IMG/VR virus record: IMGVR_UViG_3300031953_000074
Span: 1-31,932 of that record
Reading direction: 5' to 3' (one strand)
From: a virus
Lineage: Duplodnaviria > Caudoviricetes
DNA length: 31,932 bases
This document shows, one piece after another, positions 18,404-27,091 of the stretch. Position numbers and translations under genes: made by a program. Positions within the stretch are counted from its first letter, which is position 1. Every line of letters starts with the position of its first letter. The notes below the pieces were generated by a model. It made no database searches, was not told the DNA's origin, and worked only from the letters and a program-made list of their open reading frames with translations.

Positions 18404-18832
18404 TTATATTACTGGTAATTCTACTATTGCCAATCTTCCGCCATCTATGGTGAAACTACAAGTAGCATCTTCATCTACATTGGCGTTCAGGTTCAAGGAT
18501 TTCATAACGCCGTCTCCGGTTAGTTTGAAGGTTGCATCGGCTTCATCGGGAAGGAATTCAACAGGGATTTTTACATCTGTGTCGTCATTCATTATCACAA
18601 ATAAAGCTTTGAAATCCAGCGCGGTTGCTCCATCAGAATCATATACTCCTAAAGCATCTCCGGAAACTGAAAAGGACATAATCCCTTTTGATTCCTCGCG
18701 GCCATTGGTGTCTTTTGTGATGCGTTCTTTTGTGGAACGTGTGTAAGATAATTGCACTCCTGTAGCGTGGTAAACGGTTTTGTCGTCTATTCTCAACCGA
18801 AGTTGTCCACTCATTATTTTTTCTCCTGCCAT
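18404..18832 (-). CDS. Major tail tube protein
   Basis: 142 aa, beta-rich; ITKD...SFSVSGD...ATCSFTIDG; position. Confidence 0.85.
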   Translation of the reverse strand: MAGEKIMSGQLRLRIDDKTVYHATGVQLSYTRSTKERITKDTNGREESKGIMSFSVSGDALGVYDSDGATALDFKALFVIMNDDTDVKIPVEFLPDEADATFKLTGDGVMKSLNLNANVDEDATCSFTIDGGRLAIVELPVI

Positions 18833-18938
18833 TGTTTTTAAAGTTTATGGTTTATAGTTTGTTGTTTGTTGTTTGTTGACACGCACTTCCGTGCGTCTGT
18901 ACTGTTGAGCCGCACTTCCGTGCGTCTGTACGGATTTT

Positions 18939-19292
18939 CTATAATTTGAAATTATATGTTAGTTCTATGAATGCTTCTTTTGCTTCGGAATCGGTATATC
19001 CCATATTTATGAAATCGGGGTTTTCCTTCCATCGGGAAGTTTGGTCCAGGCGTTCCGAAACTGTTTCGGCAATTGTGGATGCGGAGTTTAGATTTTCAGA
19101 AAAAACACGAAACCTAACTTCATATTCCCGGATGCCGTCCTTTGTGATTTTCTTAGAACCTTTAAAAGTGAAACCAGCATAAGGAAGCACTGCATCCTGT
19201 TCTACCAATTCCCAGTAAATTCCGCCGGTTACCAGTGCCAGGATAGCGGCATCGGAAAGCGTGGTAGTAATATGTTCAGCGGTTTTAAGCAT
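18939..19292 (-). CDS. Tail terminator/completion protein
   Basis: Size, position and LPY motif. Confidence 0.7.
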   Translation of the reverse strand: MLKTAEHITTTLSDAAILALVTGGIYWELVEQDAVLPYAGFTFKGSKKITKDGIREYEVRFRVFSENLNSASTIAETVSERLDQTSRWKENPDFINMGYTDSEAKEAFIELTYNFKL

Positions 19293-19334
19293 TGTATTTT
19301 ATTTAATATGATTTGATACGCACGCCGTGCGTAT

Positions 19335-19829
19335 CTACGATAATCGTGTTATTTGTTTTTGTATGTAAGCAGCGGTTTTATCGGTTGCTTCTTGTGTGGT
19401 TTTTCCCTGGGTTCTGCTCCAGGCACGGTTTTTTGCTTCTTCCACTACCTTGTTTTTTCCTATCCTGCTGCCACGTGCATTACTGCCTGTTTTAGTTCCT
19501 TTCTTCACCACCATAAACTTGTACCAGCTGTCGTACTTTCCTTTTTTGCCGGGGCGAATCGCTATGGAAGGATTCCCGCCTGCTTTTCCTGAAGGAACCG
19601 TTTCAGTTTTTACCGATTTTGAAAGCGTGCCTCTTGGGTACAGCGTTCCAAACCTCTTTTTATCTATTGATCCCACAGGCAATTCGGCTGCATAGGCTTT
19701 TACCAACGGAACTGCCAACCTGCGAAAAATCTTCAGTACTTCGGTACGCTTTACCCGGTCCGGTAATTGTTTCAGCTTTTTGTTCAGCTCGTCAAAACCT
19801 TCTACCTGGGTGACGTCCAACTTACTCAC
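19335..19829 (-). CDS. HK97 gp10-like neck protein
   Basis: VEGFDELNKKLKQL...GTLSKSV; basic. Confidence 0.8.
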   Translation of the reverse strand: MSKLDVTQVEGFDELNKKLKQLPDRVKRTEVLKIFRRLAVPLVKAYAAELPVGSIDKKRFGTLYPRGTLSKSVKTETVPSGKAGGNPSIAIRPGKKGKYDSWYKFMVVKKGTKTGSNARGSRIGKNKVVEEAKNRAWSRTQGKTTQEATDKTAAYIQKQITRLS

Positions 19830-20160
19830 GGGAACTGCATTTTAATTCAAGGAACCTGTTTCGGCCAGGGCCGGTAATGTTTATGCTGTTAACCTGGTAT
19901 TTTCCGTCCAGATCCTGTATGTAATATTTTGTGCCGTTAATAAGAATATCCCTGTCAAACCTCATTATGAATTTACAAACCGATAGGCTCATTAATTTTC
20001 CATCTTCTTCTTCCTGGCCTGAAACATCTATGCGTTGTACTCTCTTTTTTCCAAGGGAAACCGGTACACTTGCACGCTCTGAAGTAGGGGTGTTTTGTTT
20101 TTCCATTTTGAAAAACTCAACCTCCCTGTTAAATAAGCCTGCATAGGGTACTTTTTCCAT
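19822..20160 (-). CDS. Head closure protein (SPP1 gp16-like)
   Basis: AGLFNREV...RNRFLELKC; position. Confidence 0.8.
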   Translation of the reverse strand: MEKVPYAGLFNREVEFFKMEKQNTPTSERASVPVSLGKKRVQRIDVSGQEEEDGKLMSLSVCKFIMRFDRDILINGTKYYIQDLDGKYQVNSINITGPGRNRFLELKCSSRE

Positions 20161-20201
20161 TTTTATAATATGTAAGGGGACGCACGCGGTGCGTCCCTAC
20201 A

Positions 20202-20732
20202 TTAGTATTTTTTATAGGGCCGCAGTTTTGATTGGGCTGCGGTGTTCAATTTTACCGGACGATTCTCGCGGAACAATTCCCTTTCAGAAAACATAAGCAA
20301 GGCAGCATCTACCATATCTTTAGGGATATCGGCATTTGCATATCCTGCTTTCCCTGTGATGGTGATGGGTCCTTTAAAGTCTGCGGGCACATCGTTTATC
20401 AATGTGAGTTCGTTTTCAAATACATCATAATCATCATCTACTGCCAGGGCAACTTGCTGATTCTCGTTATTTTTATAGGTGATGCCGGTGATCTCATTGA
20501 AGTGTATAGGAAGGCCGTAAACGGTTTCCCAATATCTCAAAGTAACTACGGCGGAATCGCGTTGCAATACCGGGTAGCCTATGTAGTTTTCAATTTCGTA
20601 GGCCACGGCATCTACAAACAATTGCAACAAAATATCATCACTTGTATAATCGATTCCGCTGTTAAGCTTGGCGATTTCTAAAGTGACTATCTCTGAGGCT
20701 GTAACCGTGGGTCCGAAATCTACTTTGTACAT
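20202..20732 (-). CDS. Head-tail connector (HK97 gp6-like)
   Basis: VTLEIAK...DDILL...IENY...AGY...IP...ENR motifs. Confidence 0.87.
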   Translation of the reverse strand: MYKVDFGPTVTASEIVTLEIAKLNSGIDYTSDDILLQLFVDAVAYEIENYIGYPVLQRDSAVVTLRYWETVYGLPIHFNEITGITYKNNENQQVALAVDDDYDVFENELTLINDVPADFKGPITITGKAGYANADIPKDMVDAALLMFSERELFRENRPVKLNTAAQSKLRPYKKY

Positions 20733-20803
20733 TTTTTAGATATGAGATGTTAGATATGAGATATGAGGCGTTATATACTGATACGCACGCCGTGCGGATC
20801 TAC

Positions 20804-20977
20804 CTATATTTCTTTTGCGTCTTTTGCAGCGATCAGTTCTTGTGCCTGTTTTGCTTCCAGTACTGCCACGTGTCCCCTATTGTAAGGGAGGTGATATTTT
20901 CCGGAGGCATTATCACAAGTGATCTCTACCTTAATTTTTTTATCCTCGTTTTTAGAGGCAATTTTCTTCTTTGACAT
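20804..20977 (-). CDS. 57-aa protein after the capsid gene
   Basis: Not in the track. MSKKKIASKNEDKKIKVEI...AQELIAAKDAKEI*. Confidence 0.75.
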   Translation of the reverse strand: MSKKKIASKNEDKKIKVEITCDNASGKYHLPYNRGHVAVLEAKQAQELIAAKDAKEI

Positions 20978-20994
20978 CTTCAAGTTTTTAAAAG

Positions 20995-21024
20995 AAACCC
21001 TTCCCGGTGGGGCAGGAAGGGTTT
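20995..21024 (-). terminator. Hairpin terminator after the major capsid gene
   Basis: AAACCCTTCC-N10-GGAAGGGTTT, followed by CTTTT on the - strand. Confidence 0.75.
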
Positions 21025-21036
21025 AATTATATGTTA

Positions 21037-22335
21037 CTATGCTGTAAGGAATTTGTTTACAGCGAATGCTTCAGGTTGTGCGATTGCAATTCCTGCGTGA
21101 GCATTTGCAACCAGTCTCACTGAATCTTCCAAATCTTCTGAATAAGGGTTTGAAAGAACACTCATTGAGCCCCATTCTCCTATAAACATTTTGCTCCAGT
21201 CTCCAAAAGCAAGTACCTTGTTTGTTGCCAATTCAGGAACCATTGTAGAAACAGCGGCATTGTAACCTTGAAGGTTATCTTTTTGTTCCATCACAAACCT
21301 TCCGGAACCAGCATCTAAAAGCGTGGTTTGAAGGATGTATCTCAATTCTGGTGATAAAAGGAATCCAAGGGATTCTTCGGTAACATCTGAACTTTCCAAA
21401 AGGGAAACCAATTCAAGAACCAAATCCCTGGAAGCTTGTGTTCCGGCAATTACTGTTGACTGCTGAACATTTGGGGTGTTAAGCAGACCCAAAGGCTGGT
21501 TGTTTAAACCAGTTCCATTAATCGCAGCAGTGTTCAATGCGCGATCATATCCACCCAATAAAAGTTTTCTCACTTCAGCTTCTACATTGATGCTGGATTG
21601 CATAAGCAACCTGTTAGAGATAGAAACCGATCCACCTACCCTGTTAGGAGAAAGAATTGCAGGTTCTATTAATTGTTTTTGCCTGGTGATTGCTTCTGTT
21701 TCACCCAACCACTGGAAATTGTAGTTGTTCATTATAGGCAATGGCACAGAACCTCCGGAAAGATTACTCAATCTTCTAGCTCCTAATTTTTCAAGGAAAG
21801 ATTTTGCAGAAAACGGCATTTGCACTCTTGGCGCTTGATTTTGCACCAATTCACCTCCATAAGTCCCAGAATCTTCTGTCACTGTTTGAGCAGTTGCCCG
21901 CAACATTCCCATAGGAATATGAAGGATTGCTTTGGCATTTACATCAACTCCGGCAGTACGGCTTTCCTGGATTGCCAGATCATTCATTTCTTTTTCAGCA
22001 CCGTCCAAGGCTTCACCATTGGTAGCCATACGCAAGGCGCGGGTTACAGATGCTACCTCTTTAATTTTTCTGGCTTCTCTTTCTTCACCACCTTTAGATG
22101 GTTCAACAATCTTTTTTCCGGAAAGATCGGCGGCGCGTTTTTCAGCGGCATCCACTGCTTCTGCAGTTACTATTTCAGCATCCAACGCTTGGATATCTGT
22201 GGTTTGACCGTCAAATGCGGTTCGCTGCTCTGCGGTGAATCCCTTTGATTCGGAACTTCTAACCGTGGCAAGCAATTCAGTTTGAGCCTTGATCTTTGCG
22301 GCTCTCTCCTGCAATAATTCTGCTAATTTTTTCAT
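21037..22335 (-). CDS. Major capsid protein, HK97 family
   Basis: Coiled-coil delta domain; WLGE, ISNRLL, GTG..NQPLG, FGDWS. Confidence 0.95.
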   Translation of the reverse strand: MKKLAELLQERAAKIKAQTELLATVRSSESKGFTAEQRTAFDGQTTDIQALDAEIVTAEAVDAAEKRAADLSGKKIVEPSKGGEEREARKIKEVASVTRALRMATNGEALDGAEKEMNDLAIQESRTAGVDVNAKAILHIPMGMLRATAQTVTEDSGTYGGELVQNQAPRVQMPFSAKSFLEKLGARRLSNLSGGSVPLPIMNNYNFQWLGETEAITRQKQLIEPAILSPNRVGGSVSISNRLLMQSSINVEAEVRKLLLGGYDRALNTAAINGTGLNNQPLGLLNTPNVQQSTVIAGTQASRDLVLELVSLLESSDVTEESLGFLLSPELRYILQTTLLDAGSGRFVMEQKDNLQGYNAAVSTMVPELATNKVLAFGDWSKMFIGEWGSMSVLSNPYSEDLEDSVRLVANAHAGIAIAQPEAFAVNKFLTA

Positions 22336-22970
22336 TTTGAATAGCGGTTTTTGTTAACAATTAATTGAGCCTCAAAAATATCAAGTGACACTCTTTCCTT
22401 TGGATTTGAATCCTTTTCTTTATCTTTTGAATCGCCCGGGTCGGGGGTTTCTACAGCTGTACGCAATGCGTGCAACTCTTCGTTATTTCGTTTTAATGCG
22501 TCTGGATTGCTGCCTATGCTTACCACGCTCCATTCCTGAAGGTATTGGCGGGTGAAATACACCACATCTGGATCTTCGCCCTGGTCTTTTAATCCCATAC
22601 GGGCCTTAGAGACTTTTGCGTTGATGGAGGCCATTCTGAGCGTGCCATTCTTTACTTTTCGGAAAACCTTTTCGGCAAGCGGGTTGGTATCGGCATCTTC
22701 AAAGGTGACTTCACCAATAAGTTGTTCACCTTCCTGAAATACGCGGCTGGTACCAATGATGTTATCAGGGTTGCTTCCGTGCACATTGTGATTGTAGGAC
22801 ACAATAGGATTCCGGTTGTATTCGTCCAGCATCCAGCCATCCATTCTAAAAACGGTGTTGTAAGAATCAACAGCTTCTGTCGAGATCACGAACTGGGCAG
22901 TGCGTTTTTCTTCCGAAATTCCATCGGCCCGTACCTGGGCAGTCCTAATTTGTATGTTATCAGTTTTCAT
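22332..22970 (-). CDS. Prohead protease, HK97 family
   Basis: YNH, MASI, EWSVVSIGSNPDA. Confidence 0.92.
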   Translation of the reverse strand: MKTDNIQIRTAQVRADGISEEKRTAQFVISTEAVDSYNTVFRMDGWMLDEYNRNPIVSYNHNVHGSNPDNIIGTSRVFQEGEQLIGEVTFEDADTNPLAEKVFRKVKNGTLRMASINAKVSKARMGLKDQGEDPDVVYFTRQYLQEWSVVSIGSNPDALKRNNEELHALRTAVETPDPGDSKDKEKDSNPKERVSLDIFEAQLIVNKNRYSK

Positions 22971-24201
22971 CTTTGACCTGTTTTTTATCTTTGGGTTCAG
23001 CAGAAATCATTTTTTTGATTTGGCTTTCATTCAATAGATTGCTCATTTGAAGGAATTCATCTCCGCCATCTTCAGGGTTCATATCTTCCAACTCGCGGAT
23101 CTCATTTGGGGTGATGGCACGTACAAAAACAAGGTCTTTGTAAAATTGCCCACGGGCGGCAGGATCTGCCTGTAATAGTTTTTTGAAATTCTGAAAGATG
23201 TACACGCCAGATTTCCTTTCGGAAGCAGTGAAGGATTTACGCTCCAATTCCTGTTTGAATTTTTCGGCAAAAGGCATCACGGCACTTTGCACGTATTCAA
23301 TGGAAAGCTGTACAATAAAATTATAACCGCCTTCGCCTTTGATGTGCAATTTGTAGGACGGAATCTGGAACCAACGCGCAATATCTTCGATAGAGGCGGC
23401 ATAGGTTTCAATAAATTTTGATTCGGAAGGGGAAAGGACCAGGCTTTTGTATTTAAATCCTTCATCAAGAACGGCTGCACGGTGTTTATTCCCGGAGGAA
23501 AGCGCGGCGGTCCAGGCATCGGAAATCCGTTTTTTGGCATCTGGTTTTACGGCAAGCTCAGTTTCAATAACGCCCTGGGAGATTCCACGGTCTGCCAAAG
23601 AATCACTTCCAAATTTTTGAGCTGCCAGGGAAACTCCCATATTATCGGCTGCGTGGTGAATGACAGATTTCCCTGTAATCCCATCAAAGGAGAAACCGGG
23701 AACGTGAATGATTTCGGCCGCTGAATATGGTACCTGATTTTTATATTTGTAGAATAATTTTCCGTTGCTTTCCAAAACGCTCACATCGTCGTGTGCCAGG
23801 AACTGGTAGGAGATGATGTTTCCGGAATTATCACGAATGATAAGCGCATACGCATTTCCTTTCATAAGTACAGAAACTGCCATTATGAATTTGAAGGTAA
23901 ACGCGGTCATTTGTGAATTTGGCTCGCGGTACAATAGGTAATCGGCAGGGTGATCTGTAAAATGTGCCCTGGTCTTTCCGGTAGTTTTCATCACCGAATG
24001 GGGCAGCAAGGCAAAGCTATTTGCAATAGTGTTGACGGCGCAATAAAATGCGGAAACGGTCAAGGCAGAATGGGTGTTGACTTTCTTCCCAGCTTCGGTA
24101 AGTTTGAAACCAAAAAAAGGCCAGGAATTACCGTCGGTAAGCCCTGACCTCAATTGAGGGGTAACTAAATTTTGAACTGCAGCTGTGAATAAGTTACTCA
24201 T
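22960..24201 (-). CDS. Portal protein, HK97 family
   Basis: EPN..MTAFTF, GNAYA, EIIH, IARWFQIP, TPNEIRELED. Confidence 0.95.
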   Translation of the reverse strand: MSNLFTAAVQNLVTPQLRSGLTDGNSWPFFGFKLTEAGKKVNTHSALTVSAFYCAVNTIANSFALLPHSVMKTTGKTRAHFTDHPADYLLYREPNSQMTAFTFKFIMAVSVLMKGNAYALIIRDNSGNIISYQFLAHDDVSVLESNGKLFYKYKNQVPYSAAEIIHVPGFSFDGITGKSVIHHAADNMGVSLAAQKFGSDSLADRGISQGVIETELAVKPDAKKRISDAWTAALSSGNKHRAAVLDEGFKYKSLVLSPSESKFIETYAASIEDIARWFQIPSYKLHIKGEGGYNFIVQLSIEYVQSAVMPFAEKFKQELERKSFTASERKSGVYIFQNFKKLLQADPAARGQFYKDLVFVRAITPNEIRELEDMNPEDGGDEFLQMSNLLNESQIKKMISAEPKDKKQVKDEN

Positions 24202-24227
24202 TTAACCAACCAATGATTATTATGAGT

Positions 24228-24274
24228 TGTAAACTTATAGCAGATTAGGAAGGATTGTGCGAACTAATAGTTCG
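24228..24274 (-). promoter_or_regulatory. Putative promoter/operator upstream of portal
   Basis: Palindrome CGAACTA-A-TAGTTCG (24260-24274) upstream of a near-consensus TAAGTTTA box on the - strand. Confidence 0.5.
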
Positions 24275-24295
24275 TTTGTTTGGAAAGTTTAGGGT

Positions 24296-24649
24296 TTAGG
24301 GTTTGTTGTAGATTTCGATTGCTTTTTGGATCGAGATATTATAGGTTTCTTCCTGGGTTAGATAACCATCAAAAGATTTTTCTTTAACCAGGTTACAACC
24401 ATCTGATCCTTCTATTATCCAAGAGAATCTTCCTTCGCCCATTAATTTCATATGATATACAAGAATATAGATTTTATTTTCTGCAAAAAATTCCAAGTAC
24501 ACACCGTACTGCATTGCTGGAGGTAGGTTGTAGAAATCTGCAATGCCCAGTATCCAGGTTCCAAGCCTGAAACTGTTCAATGGATATTTTTTTCTGAAAT
24601 AAATTTCGAAGTCGGTTTTTGCTTTTCCGGTCATAATTAAAAAGTTCAA
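24296..24649 (-). CDS. Hypothetical protein
   Basis: 117-aa ORF; the start may be at the internal MTGK. Confidence 0.7.
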   Translation of the reverse strand: MNFLIMTGKAKTDFEIYFRKKYPLNSFRLGTWILGIADFYNLPPAMQYGVYLEFFAENKIYILVYHMKLMGEGRFSWIIEGSDGCNLVKEKSFDGYLTQEETYNISIQKAIEIYNKP

Positions 24650-24743
24650 GGTTCAAGGTTTGGGGTTTTATATGCGCAATGCTTTGTTGCGTTTACCCCG
24701 TAATTAAGCGGGGATAAAGGGTATGGTTGTGTTTATATAACTA

Positions 24744-24856
24744 GTTCAAAGCAATAACCTCAACTAAACACACTTGGAAACGGCGTGTGTTTGTTCGGGG
24801 CGTGTTGCGAAACTCATTTCATTCCGTTTGCGATGCAACACTAAATTGCTTTGAAC
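24744..24856. mobile_element. ORF-less 113-bp cassette-like unit with 12-bp complementary ends
   Basis: GTTCAAAGCAAT (24744-24755) and ATTGCTTTGAAC (24845-24856); two internal stem-loops. Confidence 0.6.
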
Positions 24857-24891
24857 CCATTGAGATTATTCAATTTAAAAAGCCATTGCAG

Positions 24892-25248
24892 CTACGCTGA
24901 CTTTAGTAAATGTTTGTTTTCGTGAACATTGCCTATTATTTCAAATTGATTTAAATACTTGCAATCTTCATAGTATTTATCACCTTCATTAAAAAAGCAG
25001 AAACCACCTCTATTAAAGCCAACTTGGTAAGTATCAGGATTCCATTGTTTACCTTTTACAATATCACCTTCGTAAATATCTTTTCCATTTTTGTCTTGAA
25101 GCCCTGTAAATTGCTCAATAATAGCATCGTGCAATTCTTCTTGAAATTCTCTACTAAATAGATACCCATCTAATCTGTAAACCAATTCGTTGGGGTTTAT
25201 ATAGTATTTTAAAACATCATCCCACGCTCTAAATTTTAGTGTTCTCAT
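24892..25248 (-). CDS. YopX-family phage protein
   Basis: KFRAWD...EQFTGLQDKNGKDIYEGDIV...EIIGNVHEN. Confidence 0.92.
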   Translation of the reverse strand: MRTLKFRAWDDVLKYYINPNELVYRLDGYLFSREFQEELHDAIIEQFTGLQDKNGKDIYEGDIVKGKQWNPDTYQVGFNRGGFCFFNEGDKYYEDCKYLNQFEIIGNVHENKHLLKSA

Positions 25249-25308
25249 AATTATTTAATATTTGGTTACTGTTATTCTCAATACTTTTTTTTTCGGTTAC
25301 TTGCACTG

Positions 25309-25437
25309 AACTCAGATTATGCCTTTATTGCCTACGGCAGGGCTTATTTAAATTGTTTGTTACCTTAGGGTTCCCGAAAAGTCGGTTTGCAACCTCATTT
25401 CTACACCCACGGCAACAAAGCATAATCTCAATGGGTT
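25309..25437. repeat. attC-like site B (129 bp from AAC to GTT)
   Basis: AAC-tc-AGATTATGC-ctttattgcc...ggcaacaaa-GCATAATCT-caatgg-GTT. Confidence 0.65.
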
Positions 25438-25445
25438 GGCAACAA

Positions 25446-25634
25446 TTAAAAAGCAGACTTATTCTCTTTAGGATTATTGTTAGAGCATTCCTTATTATCA
25501 CAATACCTTTTGCCAAACAGCATTAGGAATCCACTTTTAGTCATTGTGCTTCCACACTTTTTACATAAATACCCTATCCCTTGTCTTATAACTCTACATA
25601 ATGGTGGTTTCGGGAGTTTCTTAAATTTGTGCAT
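25446..25634 (-). CDS. Small Cys-rich cassette protein
   Basis: CKKC...CDNKEC; its stop abuts TTGTTGCCAAC of site B. Confidence 0.7.
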   Translation of the reverse strand: MHKFKKLPKPPLCRVIRQGIGYLCKKCGSTMTKSGFLMLFGKRYCDNKECSNNNPKENKSAF

Positions 25635-25642
25635 AATTTGAA

Positions 25643-25921
25643 TTATTTACGAGGTTTGTTAGTTTTATAGCAAACTTGTTCCAGTTTCTCTATTGCTTTC
25701 ATAATAATATATTCTAATGATAGTAATGCCTCAATATCAAAAGCATATTGAGGGTTGCATATTTCTGTAGCTACACTTAGCTGATAAGCTAATGCTTGTA
25801 TTGGTTCGATAACCCCATCTTCAATTAAGTTTTCTGTTTCCTGAATAAAGTCAATTGTTATCTGGTGATAACGATGCATATTGTAGAAAGAATCGCTACT
25901 AAGTTCTTTTAATGATTTCAT
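25643..25921 (-). CDS. Hypothetical cassette protein
   Basis: 92-aa AT-rich ORF starting 40 bp after site C. Confidence 0.7.
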   Translation of the reverse strand: MKSLKELSSDSFYNMHRYHQITIDFIQETENLIEDGVIEPIQALAYQLSVATEICNPQYAFDIEALLSLEYIIMKAIEKLEQVCYKTNKPRK

Positions 25922-25967
25922 AATTTCTATTTTATTTAAAATTAATACTCTGAATTAAACGGCTGCC

Positions 25968-26036
25968 AACACCGCATATAAAATAACGGCTGAAATTCTC
26001 AATGCGTGGAGCCGTCATTTTTTATACGCATCCGTT
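25968..26036. repeat. attC-like site C (69 bp)
   Basis: AAC-acc-GCATATAAAATAACGGCT...AGCCGTCATTTTTTATACGC-atcc-GTT. Confidence 0.8.
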
Positions 26037-26049
26037 AGTAGCAAGACTG

Positions 26050-26250
26050 TTACCATTCTCTTAATTCAATACCTCTTACTTCTTTTCCACAACTTGGGCA
26101 GTGGTTTACCCTTAATTTAGTATATCCATTACAAGATTTTAACGTAGGCATACAATAAACTTTATCTCCATTATCATCTTGGTAACTGAACCATTCAAAG
26201 TGATGCCTCATTTTTCCAAAGAAATCACAACATTTAATATTCTGTTTCAT
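26050..26250 (-). CDS. Small zinc-ribbon cassette protein
   Basis: CC...HCPSCG; the only ORF between sites C and D. Confidence 0.75.
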   Translation of the reverse strand: MKQNIKCCDFFGKMRHHFEWFSYQDDNGDKVYCMPTLKSCNGYTKLRVNHCPSCGKEVRGIELREW

Positions 26251-26300
26251 TCTTATTGTCTTTTATAATTAATATTTTGTTTCATTCCCGTCCTGCTACT

Positions 26301-26366
26301 AACAACGCATATAAAAAACGGCTGAAATGTCAGTTTGCGTAGCCGCTTTTTATATTTCATTCCGTT
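26301..26366. repeat. attC-like site D (66 bp), paralogue of site C
   Basis: AAC-aac-GCATATAAAAAACGGCT...AGCCGCTTTTTATAT-ttcattcc-GTT. Confidence 0.8.
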
Positions 26367-26375
26367 AGGCATCAA

Positions 26376-26621
26376 TTAAAAGAACTGTAATTGCTCACCA
26401 ATTGCAGGTTTAAAACTCTTAACCTGGCTAAAAGGAATTCCATAACCTCCATAATCTCCATTGTTAATTTTTACAATGCATTTTGGTTCACGAATTCCAC
26501 AGGGATCTACATCAACTCTTAATATCTGCGATTCTACTTCTTTCATTTCCATTCTTTCCCCAATCCAAATTTCAATATCAAAAGTTATTAATTGTCCTGG
26601 ATTATAATTACACATCTTCAA
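26376..26621 (-). CDS. Small beta-rich hypothetical protein
   Basis: 81-aa ORF whose stop is followed by TTGATGCCTAAC of site D. Confidence 0.7.
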   Translation of the reverse strand: MKMCNYNPGQLITFDIEIWIGERMEMKEVESQILRVDVDPCGIREPKCIVKINNGDYGGYGIPFSQVKSFKPAIGEQLQFF

Positions 26622-26814
26622 TAATGTGATCTAATAATATCCCAAACAAGAAACCAATAAAAATTCCCATATATAAAAATAAGAATCTTGTTGACTCACT
26701 CCATAATGTGGGGTCGTATTCCACTACAACCAATGAAGTGCCCACATAAAAAACAAGGCACCAAATAAACATTGCAGATGTAATTGTGACTAAGGAATAA
26801 ATTAATTTTTTCAT
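26608..26814 (-). CDS. Small two-TM membrane protein
   Basis: Two hydrophobic segments separated by YDPTLWSESTR. Confidence 0.75.
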   Translation of the reverse strand: MKKLIYSLVTITSAMFIWCLVFYVGTSLVVVEYDPTLWSESTRFLFLYMGIFIGFLFGILLDHIIEDV

Positions 26815-26858
26815 AATGATTAAGACTAAATTTTAAATCGTTTAAATCTTAAATTATT

Positions 26859-26969
26859 TTAATAGACCGGGCCGGAAATCCAACCGAATAGAAATATCGC
26901 CAATACAAGGCCGCAAACAATGATTTGATAAATGTTGAAATAGGAGCTAATTGCTTTAATAGTTTTCAT
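26859..26969 (-). CDS. 36-aa single-TM peptide, first gene of the leftward accessory transcript
   Basis: Not in the track. MKTIKAISSYFNIYQIIVCGLVLAIFLFGWISGPVY*, 21 bp downstream of the -7 box. Confidence 0.6.
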   Translation of the reverse strand: MKTIKAISSYFNIYQIIVCGLVLAIFLFGWISGPVY

Positions 26970-26990
26970 AATACTTGGTTTTTGTTTTCT

Positions 26991-27059
26991 CAAATATACA
27001 AAGTTTTCTTTGTTAAACAAATAAAACTTTGTTTAAATATTAGTTTTATTTTATATTTG
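26991..27059. promoter_or_regulatory. Divergent promoters with a palindromic operator
   Basis: TATATTTG on - (26991-26998) and on + (27052-27059); AAAGTTTTCTTTGTT-A-AACAAATAAAACTTT (27000-27030, 14/15 symmetric). Confidence 0.75.
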
Positions 27060-27091
27060 TTTATATTCCTTTGTTTTTGTAGTTTAGCCTT

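Noticed and set aside
25325-25516. 63-aa ORF in the track
   Set aside because: It overlaps 25446..25634 in another frame and runs through site B; likely spurious.
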